64,000 nucleotides of DNA from NCBI GenBank assembly GCA_019828565.1, contig JAHDYR010000007.1, positions 791,333 to 855,332 on the forward strand, read 5' to 3'. The position numbers and the translations under genes were made by a program. The DNA is from Carpediemonas membranifera BICM (Eukaryota; Protista; Fornicata). Below the pieces are notes generated by a model. That model was not told the DNA's origin. It saw nothing but the letters and a program-made list of their open reading frames with translations, and did not search any database. Of the stretch, positions 51,480-60,780 are shown piece after piece. Every line of letters begins with the position of its first letter. Position 1 is the first letter of the stretch.

Positions 51480-53345
51480 TCACTGCTCGTCCTCGTCCGA
51501 ATCGGACATCAGCGCCATCAGGCCTGTCGATGGCGCGACTGCGCCATCGACATCCTCGAACCACCAGCCGAGCGCCTCATCTTCGCGTACAGCGACAGTA
51601 GGCTGGGCAACAGCGACCAACGCGGACCGGGCCGTGCGGAGGTCGTACTCGTCGTCGTCGGCATCGTCCTCGCCGGACTCCCGGAAAGATTTGAGTAATT
51701 CAACAAATCGGGAGTCGACCTCGCAGAGCTTGGCCGCTGGCAAGGCCAGGTAGCAATCGGGGATGAGCGCCAGACCCGAGATACCGTCAGACTCCATCGA
51801 CTCGATCCAAGAAGATACAACAGAATCTAAATCTGGGTATGAATCTGAAGATGCGCCCGTAGATCTGACCATATCCACGCAGGTTGTCCAGATGTGGTTT
51901 CTCGCACTCGCTGGGACCGCCTCGTCGTTTCCCTTGGCCGCCAGAAGCTCGAGCGCACGGGCATATTGAGTTTGGTCACCCTCGGCGATCATACACTCAT
52001 ATCTAGCCAAATCTTCGACCGCAATAGGATCTTCCGGGCATGTATCGGCCCACTTGTGATACAGATACCGCACCTTGTTGTCTGGACTTGCCTTGAGCTC
52101 GGCTGCCGGAATACTCGACTGCAGTGCAGTTTCCAACGCGATATAGTGCCTGAAAAGCTTGGGCGATCCCGTCATATCCAGCCCCACGTCCAAAACCTGC
52201 CTAGCGCCCTCCAGGTCCTGATGCCGCAACGCCCTGTCGCCCACGGCGGTGAAGGGCTTGCTCGACCTCAGCTCGGCGTGCGGCACGGCGTTCAGGAGGA
52301 TGTCCTGGGCCGTGTCGCCGATATCGCCCAGGCCGGTGACGTCGGAGAACGCCACGGCGTCCGCGAGCACGGCGAGGCAGGCGCGCCATGCGTTTCTTGT
52401 GGGCGAGCTCGGCAGCCCCGTGTCTGCTGCGCTGACTGCCGCTCTATACGCTGCCGCCGCTCTTTCAACTCCAAAACGACTCTCGAGCCGGATCAACTCA
52501 GCTCGAGTCGCCCAGGAGTTATCCGAGTCGAGCATGGAGTCATATACCCGCCTCCTTGACTCCGCGACGACTGCGGCGATGGTCTCCTCGGACCCATGCT
52601 GCTGCTCGAACTGCATGAATGCGTCGTAAAGCTGGCCGCTGTCGTCCCTAGGGAGGTCGGCCAGCCCCTTGGAGTAGACCGATCGGGCCTCGTCTATGTC
52701 TCCGTTGGCTGTAGCGGCCGAGGCGTAGTCTAGATATAGCTTTGGCGCGTCCTTGTCGAGCGGAGCCTCATGGAAGGCCCGCCTGAAGACGATGCGGGCC
52801 TTGGTGTACGACCTCTTGTAAAGCTTCGCATAGTCGGCCCAATGGCGTGCGGCAGGGTGTCGCTCAATGAGAAGTTCGAATATCTCGGCCGCTCTCTCTA
52901 CGTCGAGCTGCTTCTCGAGTGCGATCGCTCGGTAGAATGCCTTGGGCTCGGGATCCCAGGCTAGCCAGCGGGAAAAGACTTCGCGGGCATACGTGAAGTC
53001 TTCAATATCGATTAGGAAGCGGGTATAGGTATCCCAGAGTGAAAAGACGCGTGGAAAGACCTCTACGGCGCGTTCGAATACGTTCTTGGCAAGCGAAATG
53101 TTCTGCGAAGCGATTTCGAACTTTCCGTAGGCAATCCACAGCTTTTCACGGCGTGTCATATTGCTCTTTTCAAGGGCTCGCTCGTATATCGAACGGGCGC
53201 GTATTAATCCGTCTTGCCCTCCATTCTCTTGCTCCCACTTGGCATAGCGGATCCAAGTCTCCGGGTTTGGAGGGATCTGATGACTAATACTCCTTTCGAA
53301 CGACTGACGTTTCTCGAAACGAGATAGTTGGCTCTCCTCCGACAT
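51480..53345 (-). CDS. CRNKL1: HAT-repeat splicing factor Clf1/crooked neck
   Basis: KRQSFE, WIRYAKWE, RARSIYERAL, AREVFSRWLAWDP. Confidence 0.85.
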   Translation of the reverse strand: MSEESQLSRFEKRQSFERSISHQIPPNPETWIRYAKWEQENGGQDGLIRARSIYERALEKSNMTRREKLWIAYGKFEIASQNISLAKNVFERAVEVFPRVFSLWDTYTRFLIDIEDFTYAREVFSRWLAWDPEPKAFYRAIALEKQLDVERAAEIFELLIERHPAARHWADYAKLYKRSYTKARIVFRRAFHEAPLDKDAPKLYLDYASAATANGDIDEARSVYSKGLADLPRDDSGQLYDAFMQFEQQHGSEETIAAVVAESRRRVYDSMLDSDNSWATRAELIRLESRFGVERAAAAYRAAVSAADTGLPSSPTRNAWRACLAVLADAVAFSDVTGLGDIGDTAQDILLNAVPHAELRSSKPFTAVGDRALRHQDLEGARQVLDVGLDMTGSPKLFRHYIALETALQSSIPAAELKASPDNKVRYLYHKWADTCPEDPIAVEDLARYECMIAEGDQTQYARALELLAAKGNDEAVPASARNHIWTTCVDMVRSTGASSDSYPDLDSVVSSWIESMESDGISGLALIPDCYLALPAAKLCEVDSRFVELLKSFRESGEDDADDDEYDLRTARSALVAVAQPTVAVREDEALGWWFEDVDGAVAPSTGLMALMSDSDEDEQ

Positions 53346-53500
53346 TGGCCTCAAAGCGCATGTGCAGTTTAAGGTCGCGGGGCGCGGGGCGCGGTTTTGC
53401 TGATGTTTACGTGAGCGTATATAAATGTAGTTTAAGGTCAAGCCGAACTGTGCAAGAGCGACCATGCTTCCTCGCCACGAGAACACCGTGTGGCATCCTA

Positions 53501-55210
53501 CATGAACAACGGACCCAGCCCGCTACAAAGAAAGTTTACTCAAAGAAGCCGGTGAGGTAGATGCGGGCCATGTCCTCGCGCTCGACCTTGACGGGGGAAA
53601 GGGCGAGGAGGCCGTCCATGCCGGGGCAGGCGATGGTGGCGTCGACGAGCTTCTGGATGCCGTCCTTGGTGAAGCCCATGGTGGCCATGGTGTCCTTGAT
53701 GCCGACGGACTCGTGCCACTTGCGGAGAGCCTTGGCGACGTCCTGGGCCTCCTCGGGCTTGCCAGCGAACTCGCCGATCATGGGCTTGAGCACGTAGCAG
53801 AGGGTCTTGGCGGCGACCTCGTCGGCCCAGATGTGGGCGACAACGCCGGGCTGGAGGAGGGCGAGGCCGAGGCCGTGGGTGAGGTTGGCGACGTATGCGG
53901 AGAGGGTGTGCTCCATGGCGTGGGTGATGTGGAGCAGGGACTCGTCGAAGCTCATGCCGGCGATGCAGGCGGCGTAGTGCAGCCAGTAGCGGGCGCGGAG
54001 GTTGGAGGGCTCCTTGAGGGCGACGGGGAGGTAGTGAGCGACGAGGTTGCAGACAGTGCGGCCGAGGTTGGTGGAGAAGGGGGTGGCGATGCTGGTAGTG
54101 GAGGCCTCGGTGACGTGGTTCATGGCGTCGACGGCGGTGCAGGCGGTCTGGAAGGGGGAGGTGGAGCAGAGAAGGGCGGGGTCGTTGATGGAGATGTCGG
54201 GGTAGATGACGGGGGTGGCGAGGGCGGGCTTGAGGGGGATCTCCTCGTCGAGGATCGAGGCCACGGCGAACTTGTTGGCCTCAGTGCCGGTGCCGGCGGT
54301 GATGTTGACGGCGATCAGGGGGGCGCGGCGCTCGGCGGCGAACTGGAACTTGTAGAGCTCGCGGGCGGTCTTGTCCTTGTGCTCGAGGAGGACGGCGACG
54401 GACTTGGCCGAGTCGATGGGGGAGCCACCGCCGATGGCGACGACGCAGAAGTTCTCGTTGTACTTGGGGAGGAAGAGGTCGCGGCACTCGTCGATGGAGG
54501 TGCACGTGGGGTTGGTGACGATCTTGTTGTACATGAGGTACTCGATCTTCTTCTCGGCGAGGATCTTCTCGATGGTCTCCCAGGCGCCGCAGCGCTTGTA
54601 GGCGGAGTTGGAGCAGATGAAGCCCACGGTCTTCACATTGAGGGCATCGAGCGCGTCAGCGAACTTGGCGAGCGCACCGACACCGAAGTAGGTGGTCTGC
54701 TTGCGCGTGCCGTAGGTAAGAACGACAGTCTTGTTGATGTCAACGGATTCACAGTAGTTGAGCTCAGCGGCGTCCATGTAGCAAGTATTGCAAGTGCAAC
54801 AGCTTTCTGCGTCTGATCGGTGATTCGAGCGACGCCGTCGGACCAAATCAAACCGTATCTTTCGCAATCCCAGCGTACCGAATCCCAGTCGTGCCTGGGG
54901 TTACCCGGCCCCCGGCCCCCGCCCCTTGTGCCGCTCGCAGGCCGCTGTTGGGGTCGTTTCGCCAGTTCGGGTTGTTCACGATTAGCGCAGCGAGGCGTGT
55001 CAGCCGACGCCACGCAGTCAGCATGGCCGGAAGAGACCCACACAGCGTATGCCGAATGCGCAGAACTGCGGTCGACGCTGGGGCCGGCTGCCGAAACGAT
55101 TGATCCTGATGGACCCTAGTCAACGATGGTCAACAGACAAAACATGGGGCGGGAAGGGGCGTTTACTGCTTTATGGCACATATACGACGAACAGCTCCTC
55201 CTCGTCGCCC
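53501..55210. repeat. Left arm of a 1.7-kb inverted repeat (right arm 57035-58732)
   Basis: Reverse-complement identity apart from two 6-nt deletions in the right arm, as far as can be read by eye. Confidence 0.95.
53536..54777 (-). CDS. Iron-containing alcohol dehydrogenase, copy 1 (intact)
   Basis: GGGSPIDSAK, PLIAVNITAGTGTE, metal ligands DAMNH, HAMEH, HG. Confidence 0.93.
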   Translation of the reverse strand: MDAAELNYCESVDINKTVVLTYGTRKQTTYFGVGALAKFADALDALNVKTVGFICSNSAYKRCGAWETIEKILAEKKIEYLMYNKIVTNPTCTSIDECRDLFLPKYNENFCVVAIGGGSPIDSAKSVAVLLEHKDKTARELYKFQFAAERRAPLIAVNITAGTGTEANKFAVASILDEEIPLKPALATPVIYPDISINDPALLCSTSPFQTACTAVDAMNHVTEASTTSIATPFSTNLGRTVCNLVAHYLPVALKEPSNLRARYWLHYAACIAGMSFDESLLHITHAMEHTLSAYVANLTHGLGLALLQPGVVAHIWADEVAAKTLCYVLKPMIGEFAGKPEEAQDVAKALRKWHESVGIKDTMATMGFTKDGIQKLVDATIACPGMDGLLALSPVKVEREDMARIYLTGFFE

Positions 55211-56604
55211 ATCTGGAGGTCCCTGACGTCGCACTCGGGGATCTCGCAAAGCTCCTCCTCAATTCGGCGACACAGCCGCATATTCTTGAAGCCAAATACA
55301 GCGCGGACCTCCTTGCGCACCATATCGGCGTCTGCCATCATCGGCATGAGTCTGCTGGACCTGGCGATGACCTCGACCCCCCTGTGCTCTCGGGGCGACC
55401 CGGGTCTGTCGAGCAGGTATGGATTCCGGTCCAGGATGGTCTTGTAGAGAGCCCGTCTCTCGTCATTGTCGTTTGGCGTGGCCACGGCGAGCAGGACCCT
55501 GATACTGTGGTCGGGCACCCGGATGGTCCGGCCCACGTCGTACGGGAACATGCCCTGGGCCTCTCTGAACGCCAGAGCCGCCTCGTGTGAGGGGAACCGG
55601 TCGGGGTAGTCGTCGCAGTGCTCAATGAAGTCGGGGTGGGTGCGGCCCAGGCCCAGCTCGGCGAGCTCCTCGTCGGGCGTGTCCTCGGCCAGACAGCATT
55701 GGCGCATAAACTCACGCTGGGCGAGAACGCGCGATGAGCGATCCACGCCGCTTCCGTTGAGCTTCGGGACGTTGGTTAAGGTAACGATGATGGCGCGAGC
55801 CTCGGTGGTGGAGAAGCGTTTGAGAGCCGCACTCGAATCTATCGAGAGTCTCAGATTCTTCAGCTTATAAGAGGATATGTTCCGAAGTTGGTGAAGTGAC
55901 AGATTCGTGCCGCTCAGATTGAGTGATTCAAGCGTCTCCCACTGCCCGCCCTGCCTCGGCAAGAACTCCTTCAGCGGGTTGCCTGCCAGCACGAGTCTCC
56001 GGACTGCCGGAAGGTAGGCCAAGGGTGCGATGTCGGCTGTCGACTCGATCAAGTTATTGCTGAGGTCGACGGACTTGAGTTGGCACATGCAGCCGTCCAA
56101 AACCGCCGGGAACTCCTTGATGCTGCATCCACTGATATTGAGCTCAGCTAGCTGGGTGAATGCGCATGCGGCGCGACACAATGCCTTTGGAGACCAGGTG
56201 ATGCCTGAGAGGTCGAGTTCCTCGAGGTTGGAGGAGACAGTGTAGGGTTCAGTGGGCACGGTGGCCTCTTCGAGTGGATTATGAGCAACAGAGAGGTGGC
56301 GAAGTTGGGGGGCGATAGCGGCGAGTCGGTTGAGCTCGGAAAGAGCTCGAAGGTGGTTGTGATCCAGCTCGAGCGTCTGTACGGCAGTAAGGAGATCCCC
56401 AATCTCTGAGCTTTCGTCAATATGATCGATATCGCTGTTACTAAGGCCTATTATGGGCCGTTTTGCTGCTGGTGTAGTGCGAACCACGATCGTTGCCGCC
56501 CTAAACACGCTTGGATCCAGCTCACCGACATCCGTGGCTCCAACCGAGCCGTACTTATCCTCATACGCGTCTTTGAATGACATCAGGGAGAAACCAGACT
56601 CCAT
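55171..56604 (-). CDS. Tubulin-folding cofactor E-like LRR protein (no CAP-Gly seen)
   Basis: SFKDAYEDKY N-terminus, LRRs, LNGS.V...R..A.R cap, ubiquitin-like tail. Confidence 0.72.
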   Translation of the reverse strand: MESGFSLMSFKDAYEDKYGSVGATDVGELDPSVFRAATIVVRTTPAAKRPIIGLSNSDIDHIDESSEIGDLLTAVQTLELDHNHLRALSELNRLAAIAPQLRHLSVAHNPLEEATVPTEPYTVSSNLEELDLSGITWSPKALCRAACAFTQLAELNISGCSIKEFPAVLDGCMCQLKSVDLSNNLIESTADIAPLAYLPAVRRLVLAGNPLKEFLPRQGGQWETLESLNLSGTNLSLHQLRNISSYKLKNLRLSIDSSAALKRFSTTEARAIIVTLTNVPKLNGSGVDRSSRVLAQREFMRQCCLAEDTPDEELAELGLGRTHPDFIEHCDDYPDRFPSHEAALAFREAQGMFPYDVGRTIRVPDHSIRVLLAVATPNDNDERRALYKTILDRNPYLLDRPGSPREHRGVEVIARSSRLMPMMADADMVRKEVRAVFGFKNMRLCRRIEEELCEIPECDVRDLQMGDEEELFVVYVP

Positions 56605-57034
56605 CGCGCTGGCGTGTCGTCTGCCCTTATCCTGCAACGGCATGTCACGGTTACAACCGGCGATCTCTGGCCCTGCCCAGCATGCTTAGGGGACATGACA
56701 TGTGGCTGCGAAGGCGGTCCCCGTTTCGCACTTGAAGGAACCTGGCAACTGAGACAACCGGGTGGACCAACCTCATCAAGCACACCAGACACACTGACAC
56801 GAGCGTGGGCGGGATGAACAGAGTACACCTATTACCCAAGATGAGAGGGGTTATTTCCAGTTGCTGCGGGGGATAACCTCTATGTCGCATTCTGGAGGCC
56901 CAGCGCCACTATTATATGGCTGATGCACCCAGCCTTTACCCGTACCATAATGGTGTCTGTCTGACCTGGTTCGGGGTTTGCCGAACGAAGCCCCAGTCAA
57001 CCCGCTGCCACGGGTCAGCCGACAGGTCTAAGCC

Positions 57035-58732
57035 GGGCGAGGAGCTGTTCGTCGTATATGTGCCATAAAGCAGTAAACGCCCCTTCCCGCCCCATGTTTT
57101 GTCTGTTGACCATCGTTGACTAGGGTCCATCAGGATCAATCGTTTCGGCAGCCGGCCCCAGCGTCGACCGCAGTTCTGCGCATTCGGCATACGCTGTGTG
57201 GGTCTCTTCCGGCCATGCTGACTGCGTGGCGTCGGCTGACACGCCTCGCTGCGCTAATCGTGAACAACCCGAACTGGCGAAACGACCCCAACAGCGGCCT
57301 GCGAGCGGCACAAGGGGCGGGGGCCGGGGGCCGGGTAACCCCAGGCACGACTGGGATTCGGTACGCTGGGATTGCGAAAGATACGGTTTGATTTGGTCCG
57401 ACGGCGTCGCTCGAATCACCGATCAGACGCAGAAAGCTGTTGCACTTGCAATACTTGCTACATGGACGCCGCTGAGCTCAACTACTGTGAATCCGTTGAC
57501 ATCAACAAGACTGTCGTTCTTACCTACGGCACGCGCAAGCAGACCACCTACTTCGGTGTCGGTGCGCTCGCCAAGTTCGCTGACGCGCTCGATGCCCTCA
57601 ATGTGAAGACCGTGGGCTTCATCTGCTCCAACTCCGCCTACAAGCGCTGCGGCGCCTGGGAGACCATCGAGAAGATCCTCGCCGAGAAGAAGATCGAGTA
57701 CCTCATGTACAACAAGATCGTCACCAACCCCACGTGCACCTCCATCGACGAGTGCCGCGACCTCTTCCTCCCCAAGTACAACGAGAACTTCTGCGTCGTC
57801 GCCATCGGCGGTGGCTCCCCCATCGACTCGGCCAAGTCCGTCGCCGTCCTCCTCGAGCACAAGGACAAGACCGCCCGCGAGCTCTACAAGTTCCAGTTCG
57901 CCGCCGAGCGCCGCGCCCCCGCCGTCAACATCACCGCCGGCACCGGCACTGAGGCCAACAAGTTCGCCGTGGCCTCGATCCTCGACGAGGAGATCCCCCT
58001 CAAGCCCGCCCTCGCCACCCCCGTCATCTACCCCGACATCTCCATCAACGACCCCGCCCTTCTCTGCTCCACCTCCCCCTTCCAGACCGCCTGCACCGCC
58101 GTCGACGCCATGAACCACGTCACCGAGGCCTCCACTACCAGCATCGCCACCCCCTTCTCCACCAACCTCGGCCGCACTGTCTGCAACCTCGTCGCTCACT
58201 ACCTCCCCGTCGCCCTCAAGGAGCCCTCCAACCTCCGCGCCCGCTACTGGCTGCACTACGCCGCCTGCATCGCCGGCATGAGCTTCGACGAGTCCCTGCT
58301 CCACATCACCCACGCCATGGAGCACACCCTCTCCGCATACGTCGCCAACCTCACCCACGGCCTCGGCCTCGCCCTCCTCCAGCCCGGCGTTGTCGCCCAC
58401 ATCTGGGCCGACGAGGTCGCCGCCAAGACCCTCTGCTACGTGCTCAAGCCCATGATCGGCGAGTTCGCTGGCAAGCCCGAGGAGGCCCAGGACGTCGCCA
58501 AGGCTCTCCGCAAGTGGCACGAGTCCGTCGGCATCAAGGACACCATGGCCACCATGGGCTTCACCAAGGACGGCATCCAGAAGCTCGTCGACGCCACCAT
58601 CGCCTGCCCCGGCATGGACGGCCTCCTCGCCCTTTCCCCCGTCAAGGTCGAGCGCGAGGACATGGCCCGCATCTACCTCACCGGCTTCTTTGAGTAAACT
58701 TTCTTTGTAGCGGGCTGGGTCCGTTGTTCATG
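57035..58732. repeat. Right arm of the inverted repeat
   Basis: Inverted copy of 53501-55210. Confidence 0.95.
57462..58697 (+). CDS. Iron-containing alcohol dehydrogenase, copy 2 (2-aa in-frame deletion)
   Basis: Same protein as copy 1 except that PLIAVN becomes PAVN. Confidence 0.85.
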   Translation: MDAAELNYCESVDINKTVVLTYGTRKQTTYFGVGALAKFADALDALNVKTVGFICSNSAYKRCGAWETIEKILAEKKIEYLMYNKIVTNPTCTSIDECRDLFLPKYNENFCVVAIGGGSPIDSAKSVAVLLEHKDKTARELYKFQFAAERRAPAVNITAGTGTEANKFAVASILDEEIPLKPALATPVIYPDISINDPALLCSTSPFQTACTAVDAMNHVTEASTTSIATPFSTNLGRTVCNLVAHYLPVALKEPSNLRARYWLHYAACIAGMSFDESLLHITHAMEHTLSAYVANLTHGLGLALLQPGVVAHIWADEVAAKTLCYVLKPMIGEFAGKPEEAQDVAKALRKWHESVGIKDTMATMGFTKDGIQKLVDATIACPGMDGLLALSPVKVEREDMARIYLTGFFE

Positions 58733-59072
58733 CAGGCGGACTGCCCTCTACAGGCCACCTTCCGATCGCACGCGGTGGTTAGCAAGTCATCTGGGCATAG
58801 CAGCATCCTGTGGTCTTCAGACTGGCTCGAATGAAACTCTACGACAATTGTGCTTTGCACATTGTAAAGACAGATGATCCGCCATTGACTCGGCGCCCTG
58901 GCTGCATCGAGCCGACACAGAGACTAGGTGCTTCTGAAGGAGGGGCAAGGGCTCCAACGACCACACTTGTCCAAGCCGACTCCCCAGGGTCGAGGTCACC
59001 AAGCGTGGTCATCGGGATTGGTGCCTCGGGAACGGTGCTCGCTGGACAGTGTGGATGGGGTGCCATGTCGAA

Positions 59073-59899
59073 AGAATGAAGTCGTCACTTCATCGAAGCG
59101 TTGAGCACTTCGGATCTGCCCCTCGCGCACCCACCAGGCCATTTGCCCACAGACATGCCGAATTGGACGAAGCCTTCAGTGTTTATCCGCAAGATGGGCA
59201 TCACGAAGCGCTGCATGAGCACAACGATCGTCCTCGCGCAGAAGTACTACTTCCAGGCGGCACCAACGCTGGACGCCATGGCGGGTGGCCCCATTCCAAC
59301 AGATCTGCTCTGTGCTGCTTGCCTTTGCATCGCCGTGAAGATTGCGAGCGACTTTGGGCCCGACTCCTTCGAGCCGCCCGTCCACGAGTATCTGGTGCTC
59401 AAGCATGTCTGCCGCCACGGCTCCGCGCCCACGGCGGATCAGCTGGACATCCGCAACTCCAAGGCCCGCTTTGCCACCACCGAGTGCAGCGTCCTCGCGA
59501 CCATCGGCTTCGAGAACCTCGCGCCCTCGCTTCCCCACGGCAAGCTGCTCGAGATCCTGCCCCAGGGCATTGCAGGCTCAGTTGTTGAGCTCGCATGGGC
59601 AATCCTGAACGACTCGTGCTCCCTCCCCGAGTCGATCGAGCGCGACCCCGCCGCAATGGCAGAGGCCGCCTTGAAGAAGGCCGTGAGTATGGCCGGCCAC
59701 ACCGCATCCGCGCACGCGCACGTCTGAGGTGGCGGTTGCCCCGCCCAAGAAAGCTGCGTCCACCGGGCGAAGCCGAATGGTCCAGCTGCCCGCAGCCGGC
59801 CCAGCATGCTCTAAATCACGCGAGGCGACTGGATTCTCTCAAATCTGATGATACGGCAAATATGATCCGGATCATGCCCGCTGCCCTGACACAATCGAC
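59073..59899. repeat. Direct copy of 39927-40753
   Basis: Offset 19146; two substitutions seen, both downstream of the cyclin stop. Confidence 0.95.
59155..59727 (+). CDS. Divergent cyclin, copy 2
   Basis: Translation identical to 40009-40581. Confidence 0.7.
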   Translation: MPNWTKPSVFIRKMGITKRCMSTTIVLAQKYYFQAAPTLDAMAGGPIPTDLLCAACLCIAVKIASDFGPDSFEPPVHEYLVLKHVCRHGSAPTADQLDIRNSKARFATTECSVLATIGFENLAPSLPHGKLLEILPQGIAGSVVELAWAILNDSCSLPESIERDPAAMAEAALKKAVSMAGHTASAHAHV

Positions 59900-59985
59900 C
59901 ATAGCCGCTCGACGAGATTATCCGGATAATCGTAGTGCCAGATCATTTGGTCTGCCACCGCCTGCCGACTCTGCGATCTCACTTA

Positions 59986-60433
59986 GTTAGTAAACTGGTT
60001 GTGAGCGGTTCGACCAACTTTACCGGGCGGGCGTGGCCCACGGGAAGTGGGGTCCGTCACCTTGAGGTCTACTGGGCGGGGCTGGACGCGGACATGCTAT
60101 GGGCCGCGTTGGGCACGTACCCGGATGTGCAAACGCTGGCAGTGACTTACTCGTCCTTCGACTTCTCCGGCATGCCGGAAATGGACTCCCTGACTCGACT
60201 GAGTCTGGCGCAGTGTTCGGCGGAGATTGCTGGCTCACTTGTGACAATCTCAAATCGATGCCCACAGCTGGCTGCGATGAAGCTCTCGTTCACGACAAAT
60301 GATGAGACTGTCTCACAACTAACCCTCCCACCGACCGGCTGTCTGTTTCCTGCAGTAACCGACCTCATTCTCTCCGGCTGCAGGGTCGACATGGGGTCGA
60401 TCGCCCAGTCGTTCCCCAGACTGACCCACTTTG
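59986..60433 (+). pseudogene. Copied LRR fragment of the ARID-LRR gene (41537-41985)
   Basis: Offset 18449; lacks the ARID domain and the C-terminus. Confidence 0.9.
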
Positions 60434-60780
60434 GCGGGGTTTGATATGACCTCTGACCGTTGCCTCTGTATCAGTCCACTTAAATCCTTTAACAAAATGA
60501 CACGTCTAAAAATATGAACCATGACCTTGCATGTCCAGTAGCAAACGAGCCGGCCAGACCAGTAGCGTCAGCGAGGGCAACCACTCAACCCATACCAGCA
60601 CAACCTGCTCAATAGTCATCGGAGATGCAATAAAAACTCACGACTGCGGCTATAATCGGCCTTACCAGCTCATTAGGCTCTGATGTTTCCCTCAGCAACG
60701 GCGACCGGGAGATTTTTGAATAATGTGCAGTTTATGTCACATCGAATCCATCGAATCGAGTGTTTTGTGGGCATCTGTGA

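Noticed and set aside
56650-60780. Transposon (Pack-MULE/Helitron) boundaries around the mosaic
   Set aside because: No TIR, TSD, TC...CTRR ends or transposase could be identified by eye; left as an untested alternative.
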